Part shown: piece by piece, positions 61,923 to 64,000 of the stretch
Layout of the letters: the number at the start of each line of letters is the position of its first letter
Position numbering within the stretch: position 1 is the stretch's first letter
Source of the DNA: an uncultured SAR86 cluster bacterium
Lineage (GTDB): Bacteria > Pseudomonadota > Gammaproteobacteria > Magnimaribacterales > D2472
Assembly: GCA_902591665.1 (NCBI GenBank)
Contig: CACJBO010000002.1
Coordinates: 151,398 to 215,397, forward strand
Direction: 5' to 3'
DNA length: 64,000 nt
Notes under the pieces: generated by a model
What the model was told of the DNA's origin: nothing
The model's input: only the letters and a program-made list of their open reading frames with translations
Database searches by the model: none
Position numbers and translations under genes: made by a program

Positions 61923-63999
61923 ATCTTACTGTAACACCTAGATGCCTTGGGTCACCATGTCTTTCATAAAGTGTATCAATAAAATTTGGAGCCTCATTTC
62001 CAAAGTAAAAACCTCTTGTTGAATAGTACTCATCGAATATATTTCTTCCCCAAATTGAATACGTCCATTGACCATGAAAATAACTATAGTTTATGTTTGT
62101 TAAGAAATATGATTTTGATTTGTTGTCGTGAGAATCAGAATAGTAAAAGCTACTTTTACCCACGATATCAAATGATAAACTAGACTGTTCTGAAGGGTAC
62201 CAATTGAGACCAATGGCATAACTTTTTTCAGGAGCATGAGCTTGTGCTCTACCCTCAATTTCTGGTCGAGATTTCCAACTTTTAATCTCAGTTTTGAGTA
62301 AACCAAAATTAAGAAACATGTCTAAGTTTTCAGACAACTTAAAGTCCATTTCTAGCTCTATTCCATTGTTCGTTCCTTTTGCTGCATTTTGGGTTAAAAA
62401 TGTAAATGTATTTGGATCGTTTGGATCTACTTGAGTAGAGATTAAAACCTGTTGATCTTTTCTATCTGAGTGAAAAATTACAGCAGCTAAATTCAAATTT
62501 AATTCTTCAATTTTTGAATTAAATCCTATTTCATAATTAGTTAAAAATTCAGGATCATAATAAAGATTGCTATTTTTTGAATTCGGATCAAGCCCAAGAT
62601 TTAAATTAAAACCACCTTGGTTATATCCTCTTGCAATACTAAAAAAGATGTTCGTATTTTTATCTAAAATTTTATTAACGGATATTTTGCCGCCCGAAAT
62701 TTTATCTGAAGGATTAAATGATTCGCCAAAGGAATCTGAATATTTTGATTCTGAATTCTCCCAACGAAGACCCATACTAGCTTTTGTTGATTCGTTTATT
62801 AAGTAATTTAAATTTCCATAAATAGAAAAATTTTGAATATCAAATTTACTTGATGATGAGCTTTCACTCACATAAGGACTATATGGATCTGATGGGTCAC
62901 CATAAATGCCATCATCTTTTTTTAAATTTTTCTCATTTGATTCAAAGAAATTCATTCCAACAACCCATTCATATCTTTTATTGGAATTAAAATCAGCTTT
63001 ATTTGATAGAAGTCTAAATTCTTGACTAAAAGTCTCTCTAAATCTTAAGGTCTCAGAAAAATAATCATAAATATATGGCAAATGAGTTGAAGGATTGCCC
63101 CAATCTGCATCATAACTTAGCACAACATCGGTATCTGTCATGCTTGTTAAGCTCTGAAATTCAAAATCTTCTGTGATATGAAAGAATTTTATGCCATAAG
63201 CATTAGTTTTTTGAGAATCCATGCCCGGTCTGTCAGAAAGAGTGTTTAAACTGCCGTCAATTGTCCAAATATCAGCAGGATCATCGAGATTTATTTGAGT
63301 TACTAAAACCTTGAAGGTTGATTTTGCATTAACTTTCCAATTTGCTTTAAGCCTAAAAGTAGATTCATCTTTTTTTGAGGTATCTGATTTACCAGAAAAT
63401 AAATTTTTTCTGAATCCATCTGAGTAATCTTTCCTTAAAGCGATTCTGTATGTTAAATCATCAATTTGTGATGGCCCTCCAAAGGCTACACCACTGTTTA
63501 TAGTTCCATAGGTGCCTGTTGTTATTTCACTAATTCCTTCAAATACTTCTGTTGGTTCTTTAGTTTTTATATAAATAAGTCCTGCCATAGCATTTGATCC
63601 AATTCTTGAGCCTTGAGGACCCCTGTGAACTTCAATCTGATCAACATCAAAAGTTGTTGCAATTCCGCCTTGGCCAGAATAATCAATATCATCAATTAAA
63701 AAACCAACTGCTGAATTTGGCGTCCTTTCATAGCCAGATCTTTCGCCGATTCCCCTTATTTGAAAATGCCTTGCTCTTGAGTCGCTGGCTGCAAAGTTTA
63801 AGTTTGGTATTAGATAAGACAAATTCTCGAAATGTTTTATTGGAGCAGAATCAATTTCTTTTGAGGTTAGTACTAATACACTTGAGTCCTCTTCAATTAA
63901 CTTTGTGTCTCTCCAGTCACCTTGAACAATAATCTCTTCAACATCAGATGAAACTAAAAAAATTGAAAAGAAAAAAAGAAAAAAATAAGTTTTAATGGT
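61912..63999 (-). CDS. TonB-dependent receptor, 5'-truncated by the window edge (probable vitamin receptor)
   Basis: The frame stays open beyond the track start (63822) to the edge: TIKTYFFLFFFSIFLVSSDVEEIIVQGDWR... (signal peptide plus TonB box). Plug IEVHRGPQG; C-terminal YDF. Confidence 0.93.
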   Translation of the reverse strand, partial: TIKTYFFLFFFSIFLVSSDVEEIIVQGDWRDTKLIEEDSSVLVLTSKEIDSAPIKHFENLSYLIPNLNFAASDSRARHFQIRGIGERSGYERTPNSAVGFLIDDIDYSGQGGIATTFDVDQIEVHRGPQGSRIGSNAMAGLIYIKTKEPTEVFEGISEITTGTYGTINSGVAFGGPSQIDDLTYRIALRKDYSDGFRKNLFSGKSDTSKKDESTFRLKANWKVNAKSTFKVLVTQINLDDPADIWTIDGSLNTLSDRPGMDSQKTNAYGIKFFHITEDFEFQSLTSMTDTDVVLSYDADWGNPSTHLPYIYDYFSETLRFRETFSQEFRLLSNKADFNSNKRYEWVVGMNFFESNEKNLKKDDGIYGDPSDPYSPYVSESSSSSKFDIQNFSIYGNLNYLINESTKASMGLRWENSESKYSDSFGESFNPSDKISGGKISVNKILDKNTNIFFSIARGYNQGGFNLNLGLDPNSKNSNLYYDPEFLTNYEIGFNSKIEELNLNLAAVIFHSDRKDQQVLISTQVDPNDPNTFTFLTQNAAKGTNNGIELEMDFKLSENLDMFLNFGLLKTEIKSWKSRPEIEGRAQAHAPEKSYAIGLNWYPSEQSSLSFDIVGKSSFYYSDSHDNKSKSYFLTNINYSYFHGQWTYSIWGRNIFDEYYSTRGFYFGNEAPNFIDTLYERHGDPRHLGVTVRYDF

Positions 64000-64000
64000 A

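Noticed and set aside
82-63932. Many short or antisense ORFs in the track (e.g. 82-321, 751-1017, 1152-1436, 7999-8247, 10314-10691, 35250-35522, 44954-45457, 63594-63932)
   Set aside because: They lie inside or opposite well-supported genes, lack recognisable motifs and look like shadow frames.
1-64000. tRNA, rRNA, CRISPR arrays, IS elements, prophage or integrase genes
   Set aside because: Intergenic spacers are all under about 190 bp. I saw no cloverleaf, repeat-spacer periodicity, terminal inverted repeats or transposase/integrase ORFs by eye; tRNAscan and Infernal were not run.

Overview
AT-rich, tightly packed 64 kb segment of a streamlined marine gammaproteobacterial chromosome. The blue-absorbing proteorhodopsin, TonB receptors and gene compaction point to the SAR86 clade (inference; no search run). 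1-5.7 kb: RND efflux pump (AcrB-family gene truncated by the left edge) with a divergent TetR. 5.8-40.5 kb: mostly housekeeping genes (rsmD, hemC/D/B, rho, trxA, ilvD, aroQ-accBC-leuS-lptE-holA, the mrd/dacA cluster, mpl, PPi-type PFK, ArgD-like aminotransferase, parC/E, tolC, mutM, coaD). 40.7 kb: proteorhodopsin with no retinal-synthesis genes nearby. 41.5-60.4 kb: accessory catabolic region (solute symporter, acyl-CoA dehydrogenase, TonB receptor, LysR, a nine-gene sulfatase/dehalogenase/3xGST/DUF1330/DUF2855/SDR/NMO operon, NAD-dependent formate dehydrogenase, CrtR-like desaturase). 60.5-64 kb: TonB receptor-PnuC-kinase vitamin salvage operon, truncated at the right edge. I found no rRNA, tRNA, CRISPR array or mobile element. 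The most notable observations are: (i) a 19-bp palindrome present twice at the TetR/RND promoter and again 34 kb away in front of tolC; (ii) the sulfatase-dehalogenase-GST catabolic unit; (iii) repeated -10 boxes 6-7 nt before start codons, suggesting many leaderless mRNAs.
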